A stretch of DNA of 63,999 nt, counting the filler, from Sphacelaria rigidula (lineage: Eukaryota), in NCBI GenBank assembly GCA_964200075.2. It is 3 parts of 3 records of this genome, joined end to end, with 100 filler letters (N's around TTAATTAATTAA, not from the genome) between each part and the next. Parts side by side here need not be neighbours in the genome. Positions count along the whole stretch, not along the records: positions 1 to 21,318 come from CAXNAA020000437.1; positions 21,419 to 42,727 come from CAXNAA020000438.1; 1 more part is not named here. The stretch is one strand, 5' to 3'. Shown piece by piece: positions 13,446-27,500 of this stretch. The notes under the pieces were generated by a model, which was given only the letters and a program-made list of their open reading frames with translations, searched no databases and was not told where the DNA came from. Both the position numbers and the translations under genes were made by a program. Numbering within the stretch: the first letter of the stretch is position 1; each line of letters opens with the position of its first letter.

Positions 13446-16400
13446 ATTACCAAATCATGATACAAGCTCCACCTGTAGCGAAGGCTTTCATTGTCAAATC
13501 CCCCAAATGGGGATCGCAAATGGTGTGGGCAATTGGTTTACTTTCAATGGATTTAATGTCCATTGTTCGAAATTACCCCGCCAAGCAACATGGACTAAAT
13601 TCCCTGATATCCAATAGAAAAATGATCGATAAATGACCCAGATGACATGCATTTTTTTTTGGTATAATTTTTCGTCTGTCATCCCATCATGTGCTGTTGC
13701 AATTCCAGACCAAATTCTTCTGCACCAGCGATCAAATTTTCCTCCCTGTTGAGCAATCAGGCTGAAGAAATCGTGAATTTGGTGATTTTGAGTTGTGTTG
13801 ATTTGTCCTCACCGTGAAAGGTTTCGAGGTCACCAACTGGGCCACCGGAGTAAACAGTGGTTGAGTATGTTATTTGACCCTTACTTCGTAGTCATGTCAG
13901 TTCCTTAGGTCAACTCTTGTGGGGACGTTCAAAATTTTATTTTGCAACAATTTCAGAGGAGTTTTTAATTCTTGTTTGTCATCATGGTGGACGGGCCCAC
14001 AATACCCAACTAAGCCAAAACAAAAAGAAAGCCGTTGAGAGTCATTGCATTTTTTTTTCCAAACGCTCCCATTAGAGATGGCCTTACTACTCTTGTGCCG
14101 AAATAATAATATTTATGGTGATGATTGCGTTTTTTCGTCGCTTCATTGGCAACCCGGTTTAATGCAAAAGCCATCCCGACCAACTTGAGGGGACACTTTC
14201 CCTCTCGTGTTTTGGATAGGAATACACGAATATTTTCCGAGATGAGAATTGTTGGAAGTGTTCTTTTTCAATACAAAACACGACTTTGGAAGTATGGAGG
14301 TGCGCAGGAATCACCATTATGACGTGAGAAAGAATTCGCCAACGGAGACGCCAGACCCAGACAAAGTTGTGCATGACGAGTGCATCCCTACGGTAGCATT
14401 ATTGAACGAGCGTTTCACCTCATATGAGCAGCAGTGACTGGAAAGGAAAGACGAGACTTCACACATGACCACGGGTTCGCGTGTTCGGGCTGTTGTGAGG
14501 AAACAATGATGATATGACCCACGTACCACGTAGCTGACCATATGTTTTCTATTTGGTCACGTATATTCTCGTGTATCTCATCTTCTCCCCGACAATATTC
14601 TGTAGAACCACGCCTTCGGGGCGCCGTGTTGTCCTGTCCACGGGCGGTTTGTCCATGCACAGTACTTGTTTCCTGTCTTCTTGGGGTCATGGCACTGGGA
14701 CCACGGGCTAGATTTTTGGAAAGGGGGTGGTGTGAAAAACAAGATTGGCTGTGCAAATATATGAAGCCAAAAATCTTGTTTTGCACACCATGTCTGCGTG
14801 CGGACACACTGCGATTCCCTCCGATACGATGAACCAGTTGTCACTGGCGTCGGTGGAATCCTGTGGTGAGTGCACAAGCACGCGGCAAAAAAAGTCAACG
14901 TGCCTTTTTAGCCCGCAACTCATGCACGTGGAACGTACTCCGTTCAATGTGATGGAGCATCGGCGAGCCATCATGGTGGGGAAACATCTGCCGATTAATT
15001 CATCAGCTAAAGGGACAACATGGACATAGCAATCAATCCCCCGTGTGCTGTGATTATTCCGAGGTGGCCCTGCACGCTTCATAAAGAAGCGAACTACACG
15101 AATGAATTGGACAAAGGTTCATCCTCCACGTGGAGAAAACCAACTCCGCCTTCCTATTCCGCTTCATTTTGCAGCGGCACTCTCCACGAATTTTCACGAT
15201 GCAAGCACCTCGCCATGCGTTAGAGTTCGGCCTCATCCTTCTTTTGCACAAGGCACGTGAGGGCCTCGTCAGCCTCTCCCTGATTTCACAAAAAGAGACG
15301 GGGGAGTGACGGAGGCCGGGGCGGGAGGAGGGAATACAGTGTTATTCCTCTTCAGTGTAATGGATGCGGTATTTGGGGAGATTAGGCACCCAAACTATGC
15401 GCACCTGACGTCTAATCATGCTGACACTTTACGAATGTGCGGCGTGAAGCCGCGGGTGGGTGTCGGCACAGCATTTTCGGCGATACAACGCATTTTTGCG
15501 CTGCGCGGCTTGAAAGTATGCTTGTGGACGATGCATAACTGTTTCGGGACATTTCCCACTTTCTCAAGGCAACCATACGAAATCCGCGAGGAGGCAGCGG
15601 CAGATGTCGCCAGCGTTGCCTATTAGGTCGTCCACTTATTGGTCGACGCTTATAAAGATACAGAAAACAACCACCATTCAGGGTTTGTTGGGAATTGGAG
15701 GTGGATGCCCTTGGGGGTTTCATCTGCCGTCTCGCCCGCAAGACGCAGTCGCACAGCCGAGCCGAGGATGAGTGTCTATTGCCAATGATCACCGTGAAGC
15801 TGTTCCGGAAGGGGGCAGCGTCCCCTTCAGACACTAGTAGACTTGGCGAGCCGGAGACCACGACAGTCTGATGAAGACGTGGGCGGGTGGAAGTGTCCAT
15901 CATGATCAACCTAAAATACTCGCAAATAACGCTCTCACGTGAATATCTCAAGCTCAATCGACGTTTCACGAAGCTGTTTCATACCATTCTGCTCGTTGCG
16001 GAATTGGACAGAGTGCACGTTGCAATTCTCATGGCTTGACTCTCATCGTACAGTCATACCTAGGAGCATGGCCGTCTCCAATGGATAACGCGGACCATGA
16101 ATTATGACTTCGAAGGGGGAAGTAAGACTAGGTGAACGTGTGGTGACCATGTCAACTGATTCATCATACAGATGATTGCTCATGGGACACGAACGACGAC
16201 AACAGCCATTTTCATCGAGAATTCGATGGAGATGAGGCACTTGAACCCTACATCGCCCCCACCCCATGCGAGAAAACCCACCCGCGTGAGCTTTCGATCA
16301 CACCACATCGAATCAACAGTCTCATTTCTTCTACTTCACGCTTTCCCCACTCACCCTGCTGCGCAAGTACCCCGCCAGTGCGTATACATCCGACTCTCCG

Positions 16401-16869
16401 GTGAAGGTTCCCGACACAGGGTCGAGCTTTCCTACGTTGATCTGCGAAGTCAAATGAAAGCCGAGGGCAACACGCGGACAACAACAGGACACGTGACAAC
16501 ATGGCATTGAGGAGGAGGGTCACGACAGAGGGGCACGAAGAAGTCAACGTCAGTGCGTTCACCTCTCTCATCAACCACGCATTACATCGTCTCAGTAGTG
16601 CTTTTCTTCACCATCTACACTGCTACTCCACCTGATACAACTTTTGCCAGCAGCGACTCAAATACAACGATACAATGAGCAGGTCACCCCTCTCCAATCA
16701 ACAGTCTGCTGTAGGCTCACGGCACATTTGCTCAGGGTTGCACGACAAAACTACAGTATCAAGTACGTTGACAACACAAGAGGGGTCAGAAGGGGGGTAA
16801 GGACTACGGAGAGAGCTAAAAGCACTTCTTTGCATATGTATTTTCCAAGGTTGTGTTCTGTAGGGCATA

Positions 16870-17702
16870 CGAGCTGGGCCAGCCGAGAGGCGGATTTGAA
16901 GTTTGCAGGCCCATGCTCCGCCCAATGTTTGGAGTTGGAGCGTCAAATTTGGTATGGACAGTGCGTAGGGCATGAAAAAAATACGGCTAGTATGATACAG
17001 ACTGGTTCTTTACGAGAACACCCAAACCTCCATGAAAAAAAAAGAATGAAGGCTCATTTTTTTTTGGCACACTTTTGTGGTTCTTCATGCTAAGCTTCAA
17101 ATGACAATTCCAAAAATTGAGCCAAAACATCGAGATAAGGCTCAAGAGTCATGTTCGTTCCTCCCCAAAACTCCACTAAAAACACGATAAAAAATGAAAA
17201 AAAGGTAACAAGCTGTTTTCATTCTTCTCTAGTATGCACTAGCGGTTCACCACACGAAACTTTATGGAACATCTCTCAAAAACTGAGACTCGATATCCAG
17301 ATTTAGGGCATCTAGTACCTCTGCTCGTGATATATTGATTTCAGTATAGAACCTCATGTGCGCCATATCTCGAGATAGGTTACGAAATAGGTGAAGGTAA
17401 GGGTATCTATCGTCTTCCCCTGTTCCAGAGAAAGTACGCACCAAAATTCGTCGTCACCCGCTGAATGCATCGATCGGGGGTTACATGGAGGTTTTACTAT
17501 GGACGCCATCCTCGTTAGGTATAGGAATTACTGCACATGGGGGTCTCATCACCGAGAAAATATGGGCCCAAAATATTGAGCAGATGGGCACCTTCCCCTT
17601 GGTTAGACGATTAATACGATGTGCGGATCACGGCCCAACTCGTCTGTGTCTATGAGATATTGCTTTTAGAGCTCAAATATGTTTTTAGGCTGGCGCAGCT
17701 CG
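16870..17702. mobile_element. TA-flanked CGAGCTGGGCC-TIR MITE, complete copy
   Basis: TA|cgagctgggccagcc ... ggctggcgcagctcg|TA. The internal sequence is shared with other copies in the window. Confidence 0.85.
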
Positions 17703-19045
17703 TACCCGGCAGTGGAGAATTTTTGGCTGGTATACTGACCCACGCTGAAATATGTATCCATCATGCCCCTATGGCTCGACACGGTCTCGAGCCCTGTTCC
17801 GGATATTCCGGTATGGCCCGGAAGGTATTTGTATTTGTCGATAGAATACCTCTTCCAACAGGACTGTGAATTTCCGAATTTCAGCCGATTTACCCTACCG
17901 AACACAACCTTGATATTTGATATCGTCGAGTAGTCGTTACCTGAATGGTCAAATACAGCCACGTTGCGCGGCGGGTTATCTGGCTTCCTGTAGGGGGGCC
18001 AAGTGACGAAATTAATCCATCACCACTGTCACGATGATCACCCCTTTTCTTACAGACTTCATTCCCTGCTTGGAAATTCTCTGGAGACTTTGAACCACGG
18101 AAGGTCGACTTCGTGAGCGTCTCGGTATTCTGGGAACATGCAGCCCTCCCCCTCTCCAACGGCTCATAGTTTAGGGAGTTGAACTATTGCGAGGTGATGC
18201 CTCGCAGCTCAAGGGTTCAACAGGAAGCGTGTCCCTTCCAATTATCGAGTCGGTCACAATACCAAAGCAGGAAATATCCTAGAAAATCAACCACTAGAAA
18301 AATTCGGACGCTCTTCGGGTTGCGACTTCGCGCTAGCCCCACTGTTGAACAGGTTCGGTAGCACAAGCACCGCGCCTCCACGGTGTAACCGTTTGGACTG
18401 TCAGAGAAGACAACTTTGACCCGAGGCGGGGTGCAGATTCTTCACATGTACTGTAGTGACACCTTTCCAGGCCATGCATGGCCTACGACAGCTAAACAAA
18501 GACGGGCCCGACAGACCTGTGTGGCAGAGTGGTCCTTGGCCTGCAGCAGCCTGTTGGTCCAGGAGCTGCTCGAAACGTAAGCATATGTAGGAGCAGCCGG
18601 GAACGCAGGTACGCGAAAGGGGTAACGATGAGGTCACGATTTGAATTTCGAGCTCGCGCTGTGGGGCTTTCCCACACTACTTGATCGCAACGGGACTGTC
18701 TGCAGCTGTACAGTACAGTAAGGATATTCACGTTGAGTAGGCACCAACAAGACTTCCCTCATGGAGTCGGCCATTTTGATACGTCAACATTTTCTGGCGC
18801 CAGCATGTGTTATGAAATCGGCTGAATGAAAAAAGATGTGCTAGTAACCATTGTGAGCGGTCACCATTTTGCCATCAAACCTTTCGCCGCTAAGTGAGGT
18901 CGCTCATTGGATCCATGTTCTTTTACTCAACATATCAAGTGCAAGACCGAGGTGACCTATCCTAGGGGTCAAAGGATCGGTGTAAAGAACGCCTCGTAGA
19001 AGTCACCCTGCTGCTCAGTCAGGCTGTGTGTGACGATCCGAGCGG

Positions 19046-19123
19046 CCAGTGGCATGGCGAATGTTCACGCGACCACACTTCGCAACTACACGCAAGCACC
19101 GGCCATTTGATTACGCAAACATG
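19046..19123 (-). pseudogene. Degenerate SWIM zinc finger (MULE transposase relic)
   Basis: HVCVIKWPVLACSCEVWSREHSPCHW resembles CxCxxWx4-5PCxH, with the last His displaced. There is no long ORF. Confidence 0.4.
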
Positions 19124-20393
19124 ACTGGATACTTTCTCTTCGACATGTACGCTGAGCAACACTATTCGAGATGAACAACCGTGTCTTCCACTGCACTGGT
19201 ACATGTCAGGCACAGTACAGCCGAAGCCGTCGCGCAGCTGGCTGCCCAGGATCTGTACGTACGCTGCGCTGTCCTCATTTACTGGCAATGGCGAATTGTT
19301 AGTAGTAGTGTGTAGAAATATTCAGCAACGATGACTTCAGATCAAACGTTGTGAATTCATCCCTCTGGCAGTACCGGCACCCAGCAATGCTCACTCGTCC
19401 ACCTCATGTGCAAGTGACCGCTTACAAGAGTACACCATACCTCGTGGACCACAATGTATCATGCTGTATAACACCCCTGGGACAGCTTTTTGAACTCGAT
19501 CATCTCAACAACTACGATATACGTGATACAGGAACTTGTGTGATTTCAACATCCAACCAACATCCATACACTCAGTGTATTCCTTTAGCATTGCCTTCCT
19601 CCCCGGGAACCTCAACCATCACAACCTCACCATCACGATGGGGGTGTTATACAACGTGAACTACTACATAGGCCACGATCGGAGAGGCATCAACGAAGGA
19701 AGATAATACGCAGCATCTAGAACGACCTGCAGCACTGAGTTGTCGTATTCCTAATAACATTACTCATGCTACATATATGGCCACCAGAGAGGAGCAGCTA
19801 CAACCGTGCGACAGCCTGTATCGGGTATGATGACTCTTTGCCCTAAACAGTTTCACCATCAACTGCCAACCAAATACAATTGTGTGTGCCGCCAATGAAG
19901 CAAGCGACATACAGTTTCCACTCACCACTTCCTGGGGATGTAAAGGTCAACGTTTGATCCCGCCTCGTTTTGCATCTTGAAAAGGAAGGCTAGGCTGGCT
20001 ACAGAACACAACGGGGAGAACCGACACGGGGTGCGAATGGTCGGGCGTGGGCGAGAGATTGCCCACCATCGATCTCCGCCATCATAAAACCCAGACGATG
20101 ATTTCTCATACCCGCAATCAGGGGGTGGAGTGCAAAACCTAGTTCGTTCTGGTTATCACTTCTATACTACTAGGTTACTGTTGGTTTTCATCGACGTATA
20201 GATAGCTGTGCGCTTAGTTTTATTCAAAATCATCCAATTTCAACTCTGGGTATCTCCTACATGCATTCAGAATGAGTCGCTTCCGATCATAACGCCTTGA
20301 CAAGGATGAAAACCCGAAACCGTCGTGCTTTCGTCCAAGGACGCTATATCATTCAGTATAGCACAACATTCAGTACAGCACAGACACGCAGCC

Positions 20394-20790
20394 ATGACTT
20401 CGACCCCGAAAGACGAAGGTCGGGAAGGAGTCGATACCCCAGGTGGGGAAGAAATGGGGGCCGCCGATGATGTCACAAACGCTGATCCTGTCCGTGTACC
20501 ACTCGACCCTACCGCCGCCGAAGTCGAAAACGAACCGGAAGTCATTGGCGAAGATCTCGGATATCCTCACGTCGACCAAGACACTCGTGCACGAAAAGTG
20601 GCAACATCCACCGGTGCGTTGTCTGGGCAGGCATTCGATGTCAACGGTACCAGCGTAAACCACGAGTTGAACATCCCTACCGCCTATCACGGGGATGGAG
20701 AGCTAGCCGGGGAGGAGTCGCCGCAATTGTTGGAGCAACATCACGGTGGCGACGAAGTGGGCGCAGACTTCGGTCGAACCCAACAGAAAG
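20394..20790 (+). CDS. Candidate acidic low-complexity exon (gene probably truncated by the contig gap)
   Basis: Open frame MTSTPKDEGREG...FGRTQQK with coding-like composition and a possible donor near 20790. No domain recognised. Confidence 0.35.
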
Positions 20791-21318
20791 GTGCAGCCAT
20801 ATGTACATAATGCTAGCTTGATGGGTGCCACGGGTGAAGGCATGAAGACGAATGGAGAGATATTGGGCGTGATGAACCTTATGCCAGTCACGTTAAAACC
20901 ATGGCCTGAAAACTAATGTATACATGCACAACGAAGACCTGGACTCGAATAAAGGTGAGCAACAGCAATACAACAGCATACAGTATACACACTAGACTGG
21001 TCCGATAGCAGTAACAATGGGAAACTCTGGTTGAGTTTTTATGTCGTCTTCGTCTTACATGACGGGGGTCACGGTGCCTTGTTAACGTGTCACATATCCC
21101 CTGAATCGGTTCAAAGGATGCCATCTAAAGTTTCCACCTTTTATTACAATACGCCCGGGTCAAAGATAGCCGTGTGAAACTTGCGCCCGGTTGGGGGATG
21201 GTCAAGTGGGATTTTCCAAGGTTTTGTTTTGTAGGGGGTACGGTTTCCTAGGAGCTGGGCCAGCCCAGAAACGGATTTAAGCTGGCAAAGCAAAATCTCA
21301 TCACCGGAAACGAATTGG

Positions 21319-21418
21319 NNNNNNNNNNNNNNNNNNNNNNNNNNNNNNNNNNNNNNNNNNNNTTAATTAATTAANNNNNNNNNNNNNNNNNNNNNNNNNN
21401 NNNNNNNNNNNNNNNNNN
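21319..21418. other. Artificial contig-joining spacer
   Basis: 44 N + TTAATTAATTAA (stops in all six frames) + 44 N = exactly 100 nt. Confidence 0.97.
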
Positions 21419-21572
21419 GTGATAGTCCGCCGCCATCGGTTGCTGGCAGCACGTGTGAATCATGCAGACGAATCGTGACAGCTATCGCTACTGCAACCAA
21501 TGCCCGCCACGACGAACGCACACCACACTCAGCCCATGACAACTTTTGTTCCTAGCAGCAAAATCGTTGCAA

Positions 21573-24500
21573 CTATTCAATCATAGTTACGCCTTTTTCG
21601 GCCGCCTGCACGGCACGCAGGGGTGGCAAACACGCAGGAAACGGCTCGCACAACTGCGTGCACGTAAGCAACACCCCTTCCGCTTCATCCCCCCCCCCCC
21701 CCACCGACCCGTCCCCCTCTCGCCAGACGCAACACGGGTCATACATGCGAAGCTGAGAGCCGGGGCCTATGTCTAACGCCCGTCTAGTGTCCATCTTGAA
21801 CACAACACCCGCAAGCCCTCCTTCCAAAGCGAGCAACCTGTGAAACCCTATTCCCAGCTCCCCATCGACCCTCTGCACCCCCAGCCCCTCCCCCCGCACG
21901 TCAAGTACCGCGTGAACAAAGCACGATAAGCGCACTAGTCCCGAAGCGACGCCTCCAGCCTGCCCGACCCCCGCCCCACCCACCGCAAGGTCATCTGCCT
22001 TGCTCGTGGCGCAGGGAAGCACTGTGATGTCCAAGGCGATGCTGCATCGTGTGCGTGGATCGCCGTGATCTCGACGACTGCCGACGCTACTACTGGCACT
22101 GATAGGCAATCGCCCCCCTGCTCCAAGGCTGTCGTTACCAGTGTCGAAGCTGGCCGCGGACGCCAAGTGTTGGCGAAATGGGAACTCGCCTGACAAGAGC
22201 TTCGCCTCGCCACTGTCAAAGCGCCCTCGTACCTTCAAACCGATACGTGTGACGATGCGACCCGCGGGAGAAGGAGCGATGCGAATTGTGTGCACTTTGC
22301 TACGTTTGTGGGCCATCTACTACCAAACAAAATCACCAGTCTAGACGTACACTCAAACACGAATAACGTCCACTGGTGAAGGGATACTTGGAATTCATGG
22401 AAATCCATGAACAATTGCCTATATTCGTGATGCCGCAAGAAACGCGATATCCTCACCCTATGCTGAGCGAGAATTCCAGACAAAGATTAGCTGCGGTATT
22501 ACACTTCGTAGGTCAAGAGAGCGCGGCAGGATATCGACACGAAGTTCTTTCTCACCACGAACCGTTGCGCGGGAATATTTCATCTGGTACTCGTATACGC
22601 GCAAACGTTACAAATCCAACACGTCGCACCTTCTGCAAAAGCTTTCCCATCGGCCCGCTCCCCGCGCCGCCCCCCTTCCTACGCCTAGCACTCGCGGACC
22701 CCGTCGTCCCAAACCACGACCCCATCGACTGCGTAGCCTCGCTACTCGCCGCTCCGCTCCTGGATGGTGTAGAAAACGCCGCCGCTGCTCCCCAAGGTGC
22801 TGGCATACCGCCGTCGCCGCCGCCGCTATCACCACTGCCGAAGGAGGGTCGCCAGCTGCCCTTACCCTTCATACTTCCCCCCGAAGCGGCGGGAGTACTT
22901 GTTGCGGTGTGTGGGGGTCCGCGGGAGAAACCAGAGCTTGAGAACGATCGTGGTCGCACTGGTGTACGGGGTGGAGGGCTTAGCGGTCGGGCGTGTGATT
23001 TCTGCGGGTCGTGCTGCTGCTGTTTTTGTCCGGGACTTGCTGCGTCTAGTACTGGTGGCGCAATCGGGGCCTTGGCAGGGTGTGCTTGGTCAGCGGCTCG
23101 AAGCGCTTGCTGCTCGTCTCTCCCTTCCTGCAACTGCTGTTGTGCTTGCAGCCGCCCGATGCCACCTGATGGCTGTTGCCCCAGCTGTATTGTGGTACGG
23201 TCTCGATTCTCCCCTGCCGCCTTACTCTGTAGATCATCTCCCACTATCTCCATCCTCTCGCTTCGCTCGCCCCGATACACATCCCCACTGATCACTGCAT
23301 TCATGGTTCCGCTTCCATCTCTTGTCTTCATGTTTCCCATGTCTCGCGATGAGTCGTCCGGACTGCCTCGCGCTCGTCGATTGTGGGGGCCTTCGTCAGC
23401 TGAAAAATATCGCGGATGTTCTGGTGCGGTCGGCCGGCCATCAGATCCTACGTGCCACTCAGGGCGTCTCGTGTCCATATCGCGAGCCTGGTGTTGTTGT
23501 TGCCAGCTACCAACGTTCGAATGATCACCCCCAGCAGCAGGCCAATCAGCGTCATCGAAGTCTTGCGGTCCGTCATCGTTGCTAATGCGCATCACACCTC
23601 CACCACCATCATTGCCACCATCAGAAGCAGCTTCTTCAATGTCTTCAGTTTCCGCCGCAGCCAAGCCCGAGAAACGCGTCGGATCGGGTATTCGAATTGG
23701 TGTAGAGGAGCTCCCCGGCAAGCTCGCGTTTGCGCCAACGTTGCCAGCATGCGGGGATCGGTTCCAGCGTTCTCGGGATCCGGTTCCTCTAGGGCGGAAT
23801 GATGAATTAGAAGATGATTGAAATACTGAGGATAGCTGTGGGTGCAGGCACAGGAGAGGGGCAACGCGAGACGCAGACGAGATGGGTGCGCGGGAGTTGC
23901 GATGCGCTGTGGAATTGGGGTCGAATGCGTTCCGAACCGGGGTCTTTGAGTTTGACGAAATCATGAGCGTCAAGTTTTCTGCAGCATAAAGCAAGAAGAT
24001 AGGTGAAACAGGCGCCAGGGTCAAGCCGTGGTGCAGAGCGGACAGAACTTCCTATTGAGCAGTCTAATTCGATGGTTGACTACCGGCTATAGACCGTCAG
24101 AGGTATTGATAGGGACCTGTAGCCGCTGAAGTGTTTTTCGTCACATAGACGTGAACTTTGTTGACACGAACCACACTCATCACCAGGGCGGTGCAGTCAG
24201 CTCCCGCAGCACTAGAACTGCAACCCATCGCCCTACAAGAAATTAGAGATATGCTGTGCACTGGAAAGCATGCGACCGCGCCACACAGCAGAAATACGTC
24301 ACGTTCAAGTGCGCTTGGTTTCAAAACAACATATGAACTGCCGCCTTGTTCCACGATACTCTTACCTTGAAGGTGCGCACTTGGGCCTCATCGTGGCGAC
24401 CCCGTTCTACACCCTTAGACCTTGCTCTTGGTCCTATATATCTCCCTGCCGCGTCTTTACCGCCAGAACCCCTCGCTCCTCCCGCCGATAGTGGTGTTCT

Positions 24501-27500
24501 AGATACCGTTGATCCTCTCGAGGATGAGGCCGACATCTTGACAGCGTTCACGCTGTTGTTCCTGACTCTTTGGTGGACAGGAGATCGAAGGCTCGAGCTA
24601 ATACCCTGGTGTTGCAGAAGCAAGATAAGATCCGAGGCGTGATGGGCGTACCGCCGCAGTCGACCAAGGCATATTTCAATCCAGCACAGTATAGTTCAAT
24701 GCATCGGAGAAGTTCCGTACAGTTCAGTCCAGTGTTAGGGAGAAGCAGGGGATGGCACAGCAGTCGGTACAGTGCAGTGTAGCACAGTAATATCAAAGCA
24801 TAGATGTCGAGGAAATATATACGACACAAAACATACAGTATGATCGCTTAGAGGACTCCATATTCGGTTCAGCAAAACAAATCAATAAGAGGTGTATACT
24901 TCCGGACTACGGTGAGGGGATGGCGAAGCGCAATCTCTGCTCACGCCTTCTCGCTGCCCCCTTTCACAGGAAACACGAGTCAGCGAGATTCCCTCGGCTA
25001 CCTGATTTTTTTTAGATCGGCTATTTCTTTATGTGCTTTGCTTTTGTTGACATTCTATTTTTATTTTTTCACGTCTTAGTCTACTATGTTGTTCTATTCG
25101 ACTTTTTCTGTCCTTTTTTCTTCTTCAGCGAGTGCTTGAGTTTTGTTTTTCTTGGGCACGTCCATCATGTGACCACGGCTGGATCATGACCCCTGGGGGG
25201 TCAGTTAAAGTGCGACAATCAATCAATCAAACGAGCACATTGAGAACCGTTTGTCGATTTACTCGTAGGAACCACGCTGTACACTTTAGTTACATAAATC
25301 ACATGAAAGTCACAACGGCCACCGATGCGATCAAGAGATGCATGCATACGACAAGGGAACGTGAAACACAACGGGAATCCCCCAAAACAAGAGCGAAGGA
25401 ACAGTTTGAACGCGCAGCCCGTGTCCGTCACAATGTAGCACTCCAGCACCAGGCACACCACCAGCGGCGACAAAAATACCAGCTTCTGCAAACTCGACGA
25501 TTCTTCCCCAAAGATCGTTCATTCACCATCACCTACAAATCCGTCCCGGTTTTCTTACCTTCCCGCCCCACCGAGCCGGTCTATCTGTCAAGCTAGGACC
25601 CCGCGATGCGTCACCAGGTGAGGCAACACCGTTCTGGCGACTGCTGTTGCCGTGGTGTGCTCGATCGCCATGCATCCCCCTTTGTCGGGGAGCAACGTTT
25701 GTTGCGGCGGGCGATTTAGATCTCCCCGGAGTTGCAGGTGAACTACGATTGCTTGCGGTGCCATTCTGGGTAGATGGTGAGGGAGATGACGATCCTGATT
25801 TGGATGGCTGCTCTCCTTGCTGTTGGTGTTGACTCTGATGTTGGTATTGGCGTTGAGACTCCTGCGGAACAGTTCACCAACGCAGTGTAACAATTACAGA
25901 GGCGGCGTATCCTGGACGATGAGTACGGGTTAGTAGATCAATACCTCACGACGAGTGCAGAATCGAAATGACGGGTGAAAAGCGCAGGTCATTGATCAGT
26001 AGGTGTCATCTATTCAACTGCAGATGCTTGGTTTGGTGGCGGATAGGTGCAATTGGAGACGTGAAGGGACTGGGCCGGGAGTTCATGTGCCGGGCGGGAG
26101 GCGGCATGGGGAGCTGCCTGACATACTACAGTACTGTAAGGCCATAAGCGATGCACACTCTCCAAATAGTCTTCCGCGTGAACTTCTCGTAAAACCACCA
26201 CCATTACCACCGCAGAGTAGTAGGTGGATATGCACGAGAAGATCTATTTGACCTAACAAAACCTGTGGGTGCCAACGTCCGTGCACTGCCACAATGTCGG
26301 ACGTAGTCCAAACATGAGGTCCTGCAACACGGTTACGTCGCAAACCCGATGTACCTGAACCCCGTCGTTCTGCGAACAGTTGTGCTCCACGCCGTTCACC
26401 CGAGGTCTTGCTATCGCCGGCGCCGGATCGGCTCGTCTTCGCTTTTGCCTCCCTTCGTCTATTTCATGCCCATGGCGATGCTGTGTGTTGCTAGACTTGC
26501 CCCCTATTCTATCTTGGCCGCTTCCTGCAGCATGAGTCATATAATCGTCATGCTCTTGCTCAGAGACGGGGTGTCGGCGAAATGGGGGTTGCTTCGGTGG
26601 AGTAGAGTGCTCCCCTGGCAGCTTCGGCCAGGCGCCAGGACCAGATCTTGGGGGTGAAAGCATGGGTATCCATAAGCATTGGCGACGGGGGCATACGGGA
26701 AAAGCTCTGCTGGGATACATTGCAATGCTCATTTACGGTTCGTTTGACGTAGCATCGGCACTATTTCTGCGCCCATTGTATTGCTGCATCAGCTGCCTCA
26801 CTTCGCTCGGTTCACAGCAGGGCATTGTCCCTCAAGCGGTGGCGTGCTACAAAGGTACTCTCGGCCCTTCTGATTGCCGCCGCCGCATAAAAAGAGCGGG
26901 TCGAGCGTATATAACGGCTTTATTTGACAGAGCAACACGTTGAAATCAACGGCAAGCAGCGGCATATAGCTACTCAATCTATTCAGGAAAGAGGGTGCTA
27001 AACTCTGCAGAGCAAATCTCCCAAGCATAAATCACCTCTGGCCAGGAGAATCGTGCGCTCTTCGCCTTTTCCCAGGAACACCGCTCCTCGCACCGCAGAC
27101 ACTATCACGACCCACACTTTTCCCTCGAGAATTCGCGTTGATCCCCCCAGTACCATCCCCGGTTCGGCCACCACCTCGGTCATCAGATTCTGGACGAGAT
27201 AATACAGAATCTAAAGCAGACTCTCCGTGTTTACTTGGAGCGGCGGAGGGCGGGCCCTGTCTCTTTTGCTTGTTCGCTTGTCCGCCTATCTTGGGGAATC
27301 TCTCGGCTTTGAAGGGTGAGGCGCTGGCAGGCGACCCAGCCGTCTGCTGTGTGTATATTGGGGAAATGGGAACGGCGGGTGGTGTCAACTTCGTTGTTGA
27401 GCATTGCACAGTAGATACGAAATATAGGCGAAACAGGGGAAACCACACGGGGGAGTGTCATAAATCACATGTCTGCAACCCTCCGTGCTGTCCTACGGGT

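Noticed and set aside
18540-18690. Possible LINE C-terminal remnant (RFEFRARAVGL)
   Set aside because: A single short resemblance, too weak to call.
21363-21374. TTAATTAATTAA as a biological palindrome or piggyBac site
   Set aside because: It is centred in N runs and repeated identically at 42772, so it is an artificial linker.
22376-23524. 382-aa plus-strand ORF
   Set aside because: Antisense shadow of the GC-rich minus-strand exon 23835-22630, which has phase-consistent splice sites.
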